DNA of 64,000 bases from Camelus ferus (taxonomy: Eukaryota), in assembly GCF_009834535.1 (NCBI RefSeq), contig NC_045719.1, positions 14,198,001 to 14,262,000 of the forward strand, written 5' to 3'. Position 1 is the stretch's first letter. Each line of letters opens with the position of its first letter. Shown piece after piece: positions 39,601 through 51,600 of this stretch. Under the pieces are notes generated by a model. The model saw nothing but the letters and a program-made list of their open reading frames with translations, did no database searches and was not told the DNA's origin. The position numbers and the translations under genes are program-made.

Positions 39601-42600
39601 GCTTACCTAACAAAAGTTGAGATACAGAGCAGATCAAGTATTCCAAAATCTAGTTCCTTTGACTTTAAGATACGCTCTAAGAAGAGAGTGCAGAAGACAG
39701 AAAAGGGGAGATGGAATAGCAGAGGAAACATAATTATTTCAAGTCATGTGTATCAATAAAAACTCCTACATCAAAAACATCATATTCTTCACGATCCACA
39801 GGCCGAGTACAAAACAGATTTCCAGTGTCTTTTTCTATGAAAAACAAATTTAAAGGTTCTTGGTCAACTCCAGGTCCACTTATTGAATAGAAGATGGTAT
39901 AGTGCTGCGCAGCGTCAGATTGAACCTAAACGGAAAAGAAGAAAGTAAAAAAAATTTCATTACATGCTTTTTAAATATAGCTTATGTGCCTATATTTTTT
40001 TATTTTAAAGAGATGACTTCAATAATGTAATAATCACTTCTGCCACTTCAACACACAAAACAGTAATGAACATTTGGCCAAAGGTGTTTTTTTTTTTTTT
40101 TTTTAACTGCTCAAATTTAATGAAAACAATGTTCAGTGTAAGTAGTAACCAAAGAAACCCTAATTAAAAACAAAAAGACATAGTTTCCCATCCACTGACT
40201 TGGCAAAGATAGAAAAGAACAGTAATGCCTATTGTGGGCAGGGGCGAGGCAAACAGAGACTCTCACGTACTAACGAAAGGAACGCCTATTAGAATGTTCC
40301 TCTGGGAGGAGAATCAACAAAAATTAAAGGGATGAGCTATGGAAATAAACAGGGGAGACTCTTCCTGGCAAAGGAACCTGGAAGTGCAAAGGGACCAGAC
40401 CTGGGCTGTACCTGGAGTGTTCAAGGAGCAAGAAGGTCATTGTGGTTGGAGTAGCAAGAGCCAGGGGAAAACAACACAGGCGATGAGGAGGAAGGCTACA
40501 TCATGTGAGTTGATGCCAAGGATGCTTTTGCTTGGAGTCAGACAGGGAGCCATTGGAGAATTTAGACAAGAGCAATACCTGCTTTATTTTGCAGCTGGAT
40601 AATTCTTGGTGTTCTGTTAAGATTAGACTTGGGTGGCTGGGTAAGGGAAGAAGCGGGAACACTAGAAAGTAAGTGCAAGAATTCAGGGGAAGGATGATGG
40701 TTTGTTAGACCAGCATGGCAGCAGTAGGGGTGGTGGGAAGTCGTTATGTTCTGGATCCGTCATTTGAAGATACAGCCAACAGGATTCACCAGCGGGCTGG
40801 ATACTTGGGGCACAGACGGAAGGCACCACGCCAGAGGGTGCAGTCCCCCCACGGTCCATTCTGCTCCTCTTCCTTAGCGTTAGAACTTACAGCTTAGCAC
40901 ACGATTGCCCAGAAGAAAGACATTGCTCAGTCTCCCGTGCCATTAGGTGTGGCCACAAGAAAAGGTCGGGTCATTGAGATGTGAATGCAAGTGATCCACA
41001 CGAGACCCAGTCTGTGCTCTAGAACGAGGAGGGGTGTGTTCCCTCATCTAGACACAACGACGAGCCATCTTGAACCTGCAAGGATGGCCATGCTCAAAAA
41101 GGAAGAAGCCTGTGTCCCTGGTGATTTCACAAATTAGAATCTCTTTCCCAGATCACACCTTGACATGAGAGGACTGAATCTCTATCATGCTTTAGCCGCT
41201 GTAGTTTGAGATCTTGGTAAAATTCAGCTAATACCCTGATCTGATAATAATACCAAAATTAAAAATTTAACTATAAAGAATGGATGGACATATTAAATTG
41301 GGGCTCAACATCTATCTCCTTCTACTGTGTCCTCTCATAGTGTAGATGCTAGAAAGATTCAAATAAACACAAACCCAAAACTCTCTCTTTTGCAGGGTCT
41401 CTTGAAACGAGAGTCCTGAATTTAAATACGGACAAGGAGGCGTGCTTGCGTGAGATTTGGAAGCCATAAGTGAGGTAGGTGCCTCATTTTTGCTGCTTCT
41501 GCTGCCTTTGCTAGCATCCTGTGATGCATCTTTTTGCTTTTATTTTTATCTACAGCAGCAGACGTTTGAGTAGTTTTTTCGCTTGTTTGTTTTGTTTTGT
41601 TTTTACAAACTTTGTGGATGTTGAGAGACAGAGTGGGTCAGTCATGTTGCTGACTCTGACTGGAGCAGTTCAGATCGTTCTGGAGCTGCATTTGGTGGAG
41701 CAGCTTCCCGTCTGCGGTGGTTTCTTGCCCATGGCGCCTTCCTGACCATGGCAGTGGCACCCCAGGATGGCTCTAGAATTATTGGCTTCCCCAACATGGA
41801 GAAAGAAGTATGTCCCTTCTTGCAGGTTGCACGGGGATTCACTTCTGAAAATTCAACCCAAAGTTTGCTTCTTCAGCCTTCCCAACAATTCTAAAAAGTG
41901 TTTTAATACACTGTAGTAAATTCTTATCTGTTACTTCTTTAAAAAGAAGTGTGCTTTCCACAACTAAAACCTTATCAAACGCCCCAACAATTGAAGGGAT
42001 GGAGCGGGCATTAACTGAGATGGGAGGATATTTTGGGCAGAATACCCAAACATTTGATTTGTATTTGTTAAGTCTGAAATGTCTGCCAAAATTCCAAGTG
42101 GAAATATTCATTAGACAGTTTGGGTGGGAAATAGGATGTCTTAAGTCTCCAATGCATGCATAGTGCTTCAAGCTATGAGGCTGGGTGAGATCGCTGAGAA
42201 AGTGAATATAGATAAACAAGAGACAAGGTTTGTAGCCGAGCCCCCGGAGCTCTCTAGAGTTTAGAGACTGAGGGGTCAGGGTGGTGGGCATGGTGGGGAC
42301 GTGGGGATGAGGAAGAACCAGCTGCTAAATGAATGAATAAACTAACAAAGATCACCTAATGGCTGCAGAGTCTTTCTCACATTATTATTAGTTGTTTAGT
42401 GATTTTCCATTTTTTCTCATTATTAGTTTTTTTAGTAATTTTCTCATTTTACTTGCTTTTATTATACTTTATGAGTATCTTTAATCATCTGTGTACTTTT
42501 AAATGTTTAAAGAGTGATTAAACCTGAACAAAACAGACTCTTGGACTTAAAGCACTCCCAACAGGAAGGAAGAGTTTAAAACCTACTTGTTGAAGGAACA

Positions 42601-45600
42601 AAGGGAAAGGGCCCAGGGAATTCTCTTGCATGGAGCAGGGAATCGGTGCCCATCGCCTCTTGGAGCGCCTGAGAACAGTTTCATTAGTATGTCTTTTCCT
42701 CAGGACCTGAATGGAGAGAAAGAAAATTAAAAATAAACAAAAGCGTCACAGCCTACTTCATTGTCAAATAGTAGACGGCCCAAAAACCTAACGCCTCCCT
42801 GAAGGCTCAGTCTCAGGAATTCCACGTTGAATCTAAAGACCAGATAACAAGCTCTTTGTTTGCATTAGAAGGGTAAGAAAGAGTGTGCCCAGATTTTAAA
42901 GTTTTCATGAACCAAAGAATTTCATTGTGTATACCTTCCTTTCCAACATTACCCATACTTTCAGGTTAGGAAAATCACCACTGTACTCTTAGTTCTTCCT
43001 GTTCTGTCCCCAAAAAAGATTAAAAAAAACACATCCTCTTTGTAAAAATCTATAGACAGCACTTACTTGTTATTTGTGCTAAAACCTCATACTCTCAGGT
43101 CAACCAGAGTGAGACCAATGCACATTCTTTGTTGCCTTAACACTCTAACTGCACTGTCCAATGTGGTAGCTACAAGCCATATATGACTGTTTGATTTTAA
43201 ACTAATTAGAATTAAATAAAATATCAATTCCATCCCTCAGTTGCACTAGCCACATGCCCAGTGCTCGGTAGCCATTAATACTGGGTAGCCATTAATACTG
43301 GGCAACCATATCACACAGTGCAGATTACAGAACATTTCCATCACCGCAGAAAGTTCTCTTGGAGCTTCTAGTCATTTCCACTTTATTCCATGGTGTAGCA
43401 AGAAGACATTGTATCTCCTGAGAATCAATAAATAATTGTATGAAACATTTATTAAAATGCTAAAGTCATGTAAGTTAACTTTATCGTTAGTACCCTTAAC
43501 ATCGATGAGTTGTAATCCAGCCTAAACCTTTGTTTTTGTGAATACTTTCATAACGGCGTTCCTCATAACGAGGACTCCAGCAGCGCAGCGAATGATCAGG
43601 GAGCGATGGCCAGTACCATTCACGTGTATACACGCGCCACGATTTCCATCCTATTTCAATATCAGGATCACTGTGGCACTTGGAATCTACCTCTTATTCA
43701 CTGGGAGTTACTGCACTTCATATTAATTTAGCCTATTGACTATGGGTCAGGCGTAACGGAGGCTATAAGCACGAAAGGGTTGGATCATGCCCTTAAGCAG
43801 CTACAGGTAAATTGTTTGCACAAATAAAATTCTGAACGCTGCAACAGAGGCGTAACCAAACTGACACTGATACAAAAGTAATTAGTTAGACTTTAGAGAT
43901 GGAAGAAGCCTTCCCAGAGGAGGTGCCACTAGATTTAACGAAGCCAGTGTTTAACCAGTGAGGGAAAGAGAGACGGGGAGAGGAGGGAGAGAAAGGGGCG
44001 GGAGCGGGGAGGGGGCAAGGGAGGAGAGAAGGGAAAGCAGAAAACAAAAGGGAAGGGGAAAGAAGACGAAGATTATTTTTCCTTTTGTCCTCTTTGCAAT
44101 TTGTAATGGAAGCACTTAACAAAAAGAAAAACATGCCTGGAAGTATCAATGTACTTTGTATACCTTCTTCTGACGTTCCAGGAGCACAGTAATCTCTTTC
44201 TGTGTCTGTTTCTTGGTGTCAGAAAGCCGTATGGTGAATGATCTTTTCTCATCAGACAACAGAACAGTGCTGGCTGTGTAAATGGACCCGTCATCTTGAA
44301 CTCTGAAGTCAGGGTCACTGGAGTGGATGACATCTGCAGACCTGAGGCATTCTTTCAAATTAACTGCAAGTAAAAATTTCCAAGTCGTAAAGTAGAAACA
44401 CACGCAAAAAGGAAAACAAAACAAAACAGGTGTTAAAATAATTTATACAATCAATCAAATTTATGAAGTAGAATGAAATCAATCACTTTGCATTTACCAA
44501 TATCTTAACCAGTCTCTCTGCATGTATTTTTAAATGATAATTCTTTCAGTTAAAAAATAATAATTCTTGATTGTATTCTTGTATTAAATAAGGTGTTCTA
44601 ACTCTTTATATGCTTCTAAAAGGCTTATGAAAATGATCTTCTTATTAAAGAGGTGTGCCTGTTACAATCCTGACAAAGATGCACTGGACACCCCCACACA
44701 TACCTGAATAAACACACAAAACTTTCCCTTAACAATGAAGACAGATACACCTGTCTTCAGCCAGAAGTTATACACGAGTCCAAAGAGAGACACAGTGTGT
44801 GAGTCTGGCAGTCAGTGAAGGAAGACCAGTGTTTTGGCATTGGCACTCTCCTAGTACGCTCTGCCTCCGACCCCCACCTGCCAGGGACCCAGAATTCTCC
44901 TCCGGACCCTGTTCCCAGCTTTCTGGGGCTCCCCACTGAAATTCCACGTGGGGGTCTTCTTTCCCAGGAAATTTTCCCAAGTAAAAAGTAGTAAAATATA
45001 AGTATCACAGGAGTGATTCACTGCTGTATCAAAAGGATGGAATCCATCTCATTCTTCAGCTATCTGTTTTATCAGAAACCAAACTGATACATTAATATTC
45101 ACTTAAGTAATAACCTAATGCCCACTTAAGTAATTTCATCTCAAAGGATCCATATGTTACCCACGTACAGTGTTTTCACTTTGATCCAAATCCATCATAA
45201 ATGGAGACATTAAGTCAAAAAGAAGAGAAAGTCTTTAGCAGTGAGGACATAACTCTCTCCTCTTCACATTTTTAGCAGAGTGATAACCTCTGGTCTCTTT
45301 CCCAGACTTCTCTTTCCATCCTTTTCTTTCTTCTTTCCCAGGAATGGGAGGGATACTTTGTTGAAAAAGTAAAATTGATACCCCTGGGACAAACTATCTC
45401 TGAAAAAAAAATCATAATGTGTTCCTCCAATATTCCCTGTTCCACAGAGAAGGGGCCACCCGCCCAGCTGTTGGGAAAGTTGGAGGTGCCCCAGCTTCTC
45501 CGGGTGCGCATGGCTGATGAAGCTTAGTTTAGAAGAGAGTGGAGCATCTCACTATTTTCCCAGTGCAGCTGTAGCCCTGAAAGAAACACTGCTGCGATGC

Positions 45601-48600
45601 TCTCAGCACCTTATCTGTGACTCTCAATGCCCAGAGTCCTAGGGGAATGAAAGACAGTATTCTACAGGGAATTCTTTATGTAATTTTTAAACTGTTAAAA
45701 CATAAATGACTAGAACATCTGCATTAGAATCAACCACAGAATTCTATAGAGTTATTAAAAAAACATATATTTAAAATTATCTTGATTTGTATCTAATTAT
45801 AAATAGATTCAGGCTAATTCCAAAGACTGGATAACATGCTCTTTCCAGCATAGGTAAACTAAATTTTTGTTTTAAAAAGCACTGTTTCAAAATTTCTCAC
45901 CTCGGCCAACCAACTTGTCTGCCTCTAGTTGGGAAGGTATATTAAATTTCACCTTTTTGCAGGCTTCACAAGCTAAACTGAAGACCTAGGGGGGAAATGG
46001 TCATATTAATACAATGTAGAACAGAGGACAAAGTTTCAGATATGCAAGATAAATAAGTTTTATAGATTTATTGGCTAGCATGGTACCTGAAGTTAAGAAT
46101 ACTGTATTGTATACTTAAAATTTTAAAAGGATTTGAACAGCCAGTACCCAGAGAAGTTACACAGATGGCCAACAAGCAGAAGGAAGGATGCCCACCATCA
46201 TTAAGCATTAGGGAAATGCCAACCTGTAGCACAATGAGAGACCCAGTAGGAGAGCCAAAATAAACAAGACAGAACATAACATGTATTGATGATGATCTGG
46301 AGAAGGCAGAACCCCCATGCATTGCTGGTAGAAATGTGAAATGGTACAACTTTGGCACACAGTTTGGCGGTTTCTTAAAACGTTAAACATAAACTTAACA
46401 TATAATCCAGCAATTCCACTCCTGCCCATGAGAAATGAAAACCCGTGTCCACACCAAAACTTGTCTATTCCTCTCCCTTAAACATTTTTGTACTGTTTGT
46501 CCATTTTTAATTATTTTTCACTTGTAGGTCTATGTGGGTTGCTTTTTCCCTCTTCTTGTGGTACCTTTTTGATAAACAGTGCTTCAGTTTTGAAGTAGTC
46601 AAATTTATTAATCATTTCCTTTAGTTTTTTAAGGTAGTCAATGTTTTAAATCATTTCTTCTGGTCTATACTTTTATGTATTGAGAACTTTCCCTCTGCCC
46701 TGTCATAAATGTATTATCCAACATTTTCTTCTAAAAATTATAAAGTTACTTCCAACTTTTAAGTCTTTTACCCATCTGGAATGGTATTTTGTGTGTGATT
46801 CACTGTAGCTATTTAATCTTTTGCCATATGGGTGATTATGTTAAAATACAATAATAGATTTGAAAGTATAGACAACCTGCTACGATTGAGCAAGGAAAAA
46901 ATAGAGAAGGCACAGATAAAACAATATTAGGAATAAAAAGAGCCACAGTTATGGAAAGGACAGATATTTTAAAAACAGATAATGTTAATATATTATTCCA
47001 CTTAATTTGAAAAGGGGCAAAATAAGCAATTTTCTACAAAAATAACTGTTGACTCAAGGAGGTATACAAAATCAAAATAGGCTTATAACCATTAAGGATA
47101 TTGAATTAGAAGCCAAATGTCTCCAAACACACACACCCTCATATCCATCAAGCCCAGACATGTGATAGGTAAATTCTTCCATAATTATATGAAACAGATC
47201 ATCTCTGCCTTACATAAAGTGTTTCAAAGAACAGAAGAAACTGCAACTCCTTAATTCATTTTATGAGGATGTGAGGATCGTATGAAGTTGAAAAGTAATA
47301 GGCTGATCTCACTGATGGAGATATATTTGAAATATTGAAATAAGTAGCAGCAAACCAAATCAATAATGTATTTCAAGACATATCATGTTCAAGGCTAAGG
47401 TTTATGCCAGGAATAAAAAGACGGTTTCACACTAGAAAATCTATTCTTGTATTTTAACATCATAATATATTGAGAGAGAAAAACTATATGTTCACTTCAA
47501 AATAAGTGGGAAATTATATTTATTGCTATAAAAATTATTAGCAAACTAGGAGTACAAGGGAATGGACTTTCTTTACATAATGAAGTGTACTTAACAAAAA
47601 TTAAAGAAAGAAACAAATTCATAATTAACGCTGAGGTGGTAAAAGCATTCTCCTTAAAGTCAGAAACAAATCCACGACGGCCACTATAGCTGCTTGTGTC
47701 CAGCATTCTGCTGGAGGTCCTAACAAGCACAGAAATCAGACAAATAAAAAAAATACATAAAAGCAAAAATGAACGAGGTTAAGAATTTAAAGGAAATAAA
47801 TCTAACTGCCATTTGCCAGCTACAGATTAGCTACGTGAAAGACCCCACACTACCTGGAACTCATCTTTTGCCATATGGATAGCCAGCTGATCCAGAACCA
47901 TCACCAAATAGCTCTTCCTTTCTTAGCTAATAATGATAACGCTGTGCTTTTGTTGAGCTTCTCTATTGCTTGTTTATTACGATTATTTTCAAAGTCCCTA
48001 TATACCTCTCCCCAGTTCCATTTTCTTCCCATCCCTCAACCCCTCTAAGCTCAGGTAACCACTAATGGATTCATTTTGTTAATCATTTACTTCCCCATTT
48101 CTGCTTAATTTTATCCCACGTATACAGATCCACAAAGAAGATTGGTTTCTTTTGCCAATTTGGGGCTTTAAATGTATGTAGTCGTATGCGAATGGTATGC
48201 AACTTGCTTTCTTTGCTCAGATTATGTTTGTGAAATGTATCCATGCTCAATATATAGCAGTAGCTCATTCACCTTCATTGCTGTGTGAAGATAGAAAGAA
48301 TGCACAATTAATTCATTAATATGAGGGATGGATATTGAAAGGGATGATATTCATATACAGATTTCAGTCATGCTATGCTTCTTGAATTATAAAGAAACTT
48401 GATACTATGTTTATGGGGATTGGATGCATTACTAAAAATAAAGCAAAAATTATAAAGCTACCATTAGATTAGTAAGATGAACTAATGACTTTTAAAGTTA
48501 TTTTTAAAATAATTTTTGTATAGATGACTGCCCAGTAAAAAGAAATTACAGCATAAAAAAACATTTTTTTAATATTAATGAGTTATGGATTGACTGTTTG

Positions 48601-51600
48601 AGTTATAAAATAATCTCTTTTAATGAAGAACCCTCCAGGACAACTTGAAATATCTGATTTATAAGACCTAGTGTTGCAAGCAACTTTAAATTAAAATGTA
48701 ACAAATTAAATTTTTTTAAATGATAATATAAAGTGTTATCTATTATAGTCAGGGAAAAATTAGTTGCTTTGTTTCTTTTTACAGGACCATCCAAATTTTA
48801 TTAATTGTATGATAGAACCCTTATCATGCAAATCATTAAATCCTGATAGAACTATCTAATGCCAAAGGGAGACTGAAACCTAAAAGCATACTTGCAAGTG
48901 TTTCACGTTTGTGCAGTGGTTCAGTTTTAGAGTGAGTACCCAAAATAGGCTTTCTAAAATGACACCTTTTTCAAGACAGGAAAAATAAGCCAAAGAACAG
49001 AAATTTATTGAATATCTGAAAAATAAAGGCGATCCTTTTGACTGAGCAAAATGATTATGGAATTTTCAATTCATCATTTCTCCCATGAAGACTTCAAGAT
49101 GGAGATCTTACCTTCCAAGTTCTTACCACCTCGAATTGTAAGATTTACCTCTCTGTATTCTCAGCAATTTGATGATTCTACTGAATTGCTTTCTAAGCAA
49201 GCTCTGTAAGATGGAATTCTAGTTCGACAGAATTCTAGTTCTATGGAAAGTACGATTAGCTGCAGGTCACCAGGAATACCATATATGGAATGGCAACTGC
49301 CACAGGGATTACAACAGGACCAAAAAATGTGCAGGGCTTACATGTATTTAGTGACTCAGAAGGTGCTGCAGGGTCTAGCTGTACCTCAATATGCGCACCA
49401 ATAACCCCTTTGAAGAAGGTAGGTGATAGATGATACGCTGATACGAACATGCTCCAACTCTGACTTCCTTAAGCTCATGATTTTGAAATAAACTAGTTCT
49501 CATTTATTTCCTTTATTTGTCCTAGGCATTTTTTTTTCACTGATGCAAAAGATAATAGGAATTATTGTACTCGTTTTTATTTTAAAAAGGTGAATATGTC
49601 AAATGTTATCATGAACAATAACAAAAAAAGCCTGGTAAAGGAGCCACATTATTCTCAGGATTTAATGCTGTAAAATCTGAGCAGATAGAATGCCCATTTG
49701 TCAACATAGATTATGGGCACAATGCCACATACTCCAAGGGGAAAAGCAAGTTATGCTATAAAGGAAAATGCTACTTCAAGTCCTTTTGAAGAGCCCTTTT
49801 AGCAAAATGATAGATTAACCCTGTTCAAGTACACACCATTTATAACATGTAATAGATTACATAATATAGTTCCCACAGTGGATTTGATATGGAGAACAAT
49901 ATTAAACTCACACATAAAATGGTCTCATTATTTGTAACAGGGCAGAAGACATCTGAGCAACTGAACTCGTACAAGTTTGTTTCCACCATTCCTAACAATT
50001 TCTGTGACATTAAGAGGAGAAACATTTTAAGAGACACTCAGTGCTTTCAACAATCATGGCATAGTGCTGTTACTTTCTTTCTCCCCCCGCCCCTTGCTTT
50101 GTATATGTGAGTGGGAGGATGATTAGGAATTGTAGTTAATTAGCAGTTTAGAGTGTACTGAGGATAGAAGGGTGGGGAAAGGAGGCAGATTCAGAAGGAG
50201 AAAAGTGCAGAAGGGAAGATCCCACAACCTACGAGGCAGCTCAGTGGGAAGGCTAGCATGTTAAAAGTCTCAGTTCTGTGTTAAAGACTCGCTTTGAAGA
50301 GCTCTTGCTTCCAACAAGGAATTGTCTTTGAGAGATCCATCAAGGCATCCATAAAATGAAAACTGCATTTCTAAAATGTGATGCCGTTAATATTATACTG
50401 AAGCGTGGAGAGTCATGAGAGTCAAAAGGAAGTACAGACATAGGATGGTCAACAGAAGTTTTTATTTACCCATCTGGAGAGAAATTGAAGGTGTCTGCAA
50501 ACTAGAGATTGTGGATGAAAGAAATTGTTCTCTATATGCCCTCTCTAGTGTTCAAGTCTCCAGTTAGACCGTTTAATCTAAACTTTAGAAAATTCTGTTT
50601 AAAATTTAAAATAATCCTAAAGGAGTAAACCATACGCTAGAGTTGATGCTCTCTATTTAGATACACAGGCACCTTCTTGCCTTGCCACGCCCCAGCACCC
50701 CCACCCCCACTGCCTGCCATCCATCCGGACAGCTCCTCGAACCCCACGCCCTCCCCTCCAGCGAACACTCGGGAAATCTTGGGAACACAGCACCTCCGCA
50801 GTTGCTTCTCCCCGTTCCCGAATTCCTTTCGCAGGGAAAACGCAAAACACTAAATTCACGCTTTTAAAACGTATTAGCTGGAAACGCTTTCAAATATATC
50901 ACAAAAAGAACACACTTTGGGAGCAGTTCCCATTTGTAAATAGTCATTTCATCAGCTCAGACATTTTGTGACGGGTCGACGCGCTCAGTTGTACAATCCC
51001 TTGGCCATAAATATATCTTAGATCCTAACTACCAATCCATTGTTCACAACGCGCTGTTTCAAAGAGAGGACAAAGCTTGCAAGCATTCGCCCTGTTTGAG
51101 GGCGGAGGAGCAGCAAGAATCCGTAGTCAAGGACGACCTGCTCCCAGGCTGGACTGCTCCTCTCTCCTCCGGACCCCACGCGCATCTTTGGTAGCAGGTA
51201 GGCCGCGGGTCTGCGGCTCCTTTCCACAGCACAGCCGGAATGCAGCCCTGGTCTCGCCTGAAGCGCCCGCGCGCGTAATCGCACCGTCAGAGTTCCCGAT
51301 TTTTTGCTATATTTTCCCAAGTTCTCCGAGGATCGTCCCTAACTTCCTATCCGGGTGGATCTGGTCCTGGGTCGCCGGTTTCCCAGGCTCCACAGGCCCC
51401 AGGTTGGGCTCTGGGCTTGCGCAGTCCTCCCTGGAGCGGGACAAAGTTCCACCCAACCCCACGCCTACCCTAGCACTCCTCCCAGCCTGGATTCTCTCTC
51501 CTCTACACCACCCCTGCTCCTCCATCACACCATCGACCCCAAACCCCAGCCCTAATCCAGCAGGCCACCCCCTCGCGCCCCGAGCACACTCCGCCCCCGG

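Noticed and set aside
41600-41900. Possible processed pseudogene (GC-richer, ORF-like patch in intron 4)
   Set aside because: No frame gives a recognisable protein, there is no poly(A) or TSD, and the 3' part resembles an ERVL-class LTR.
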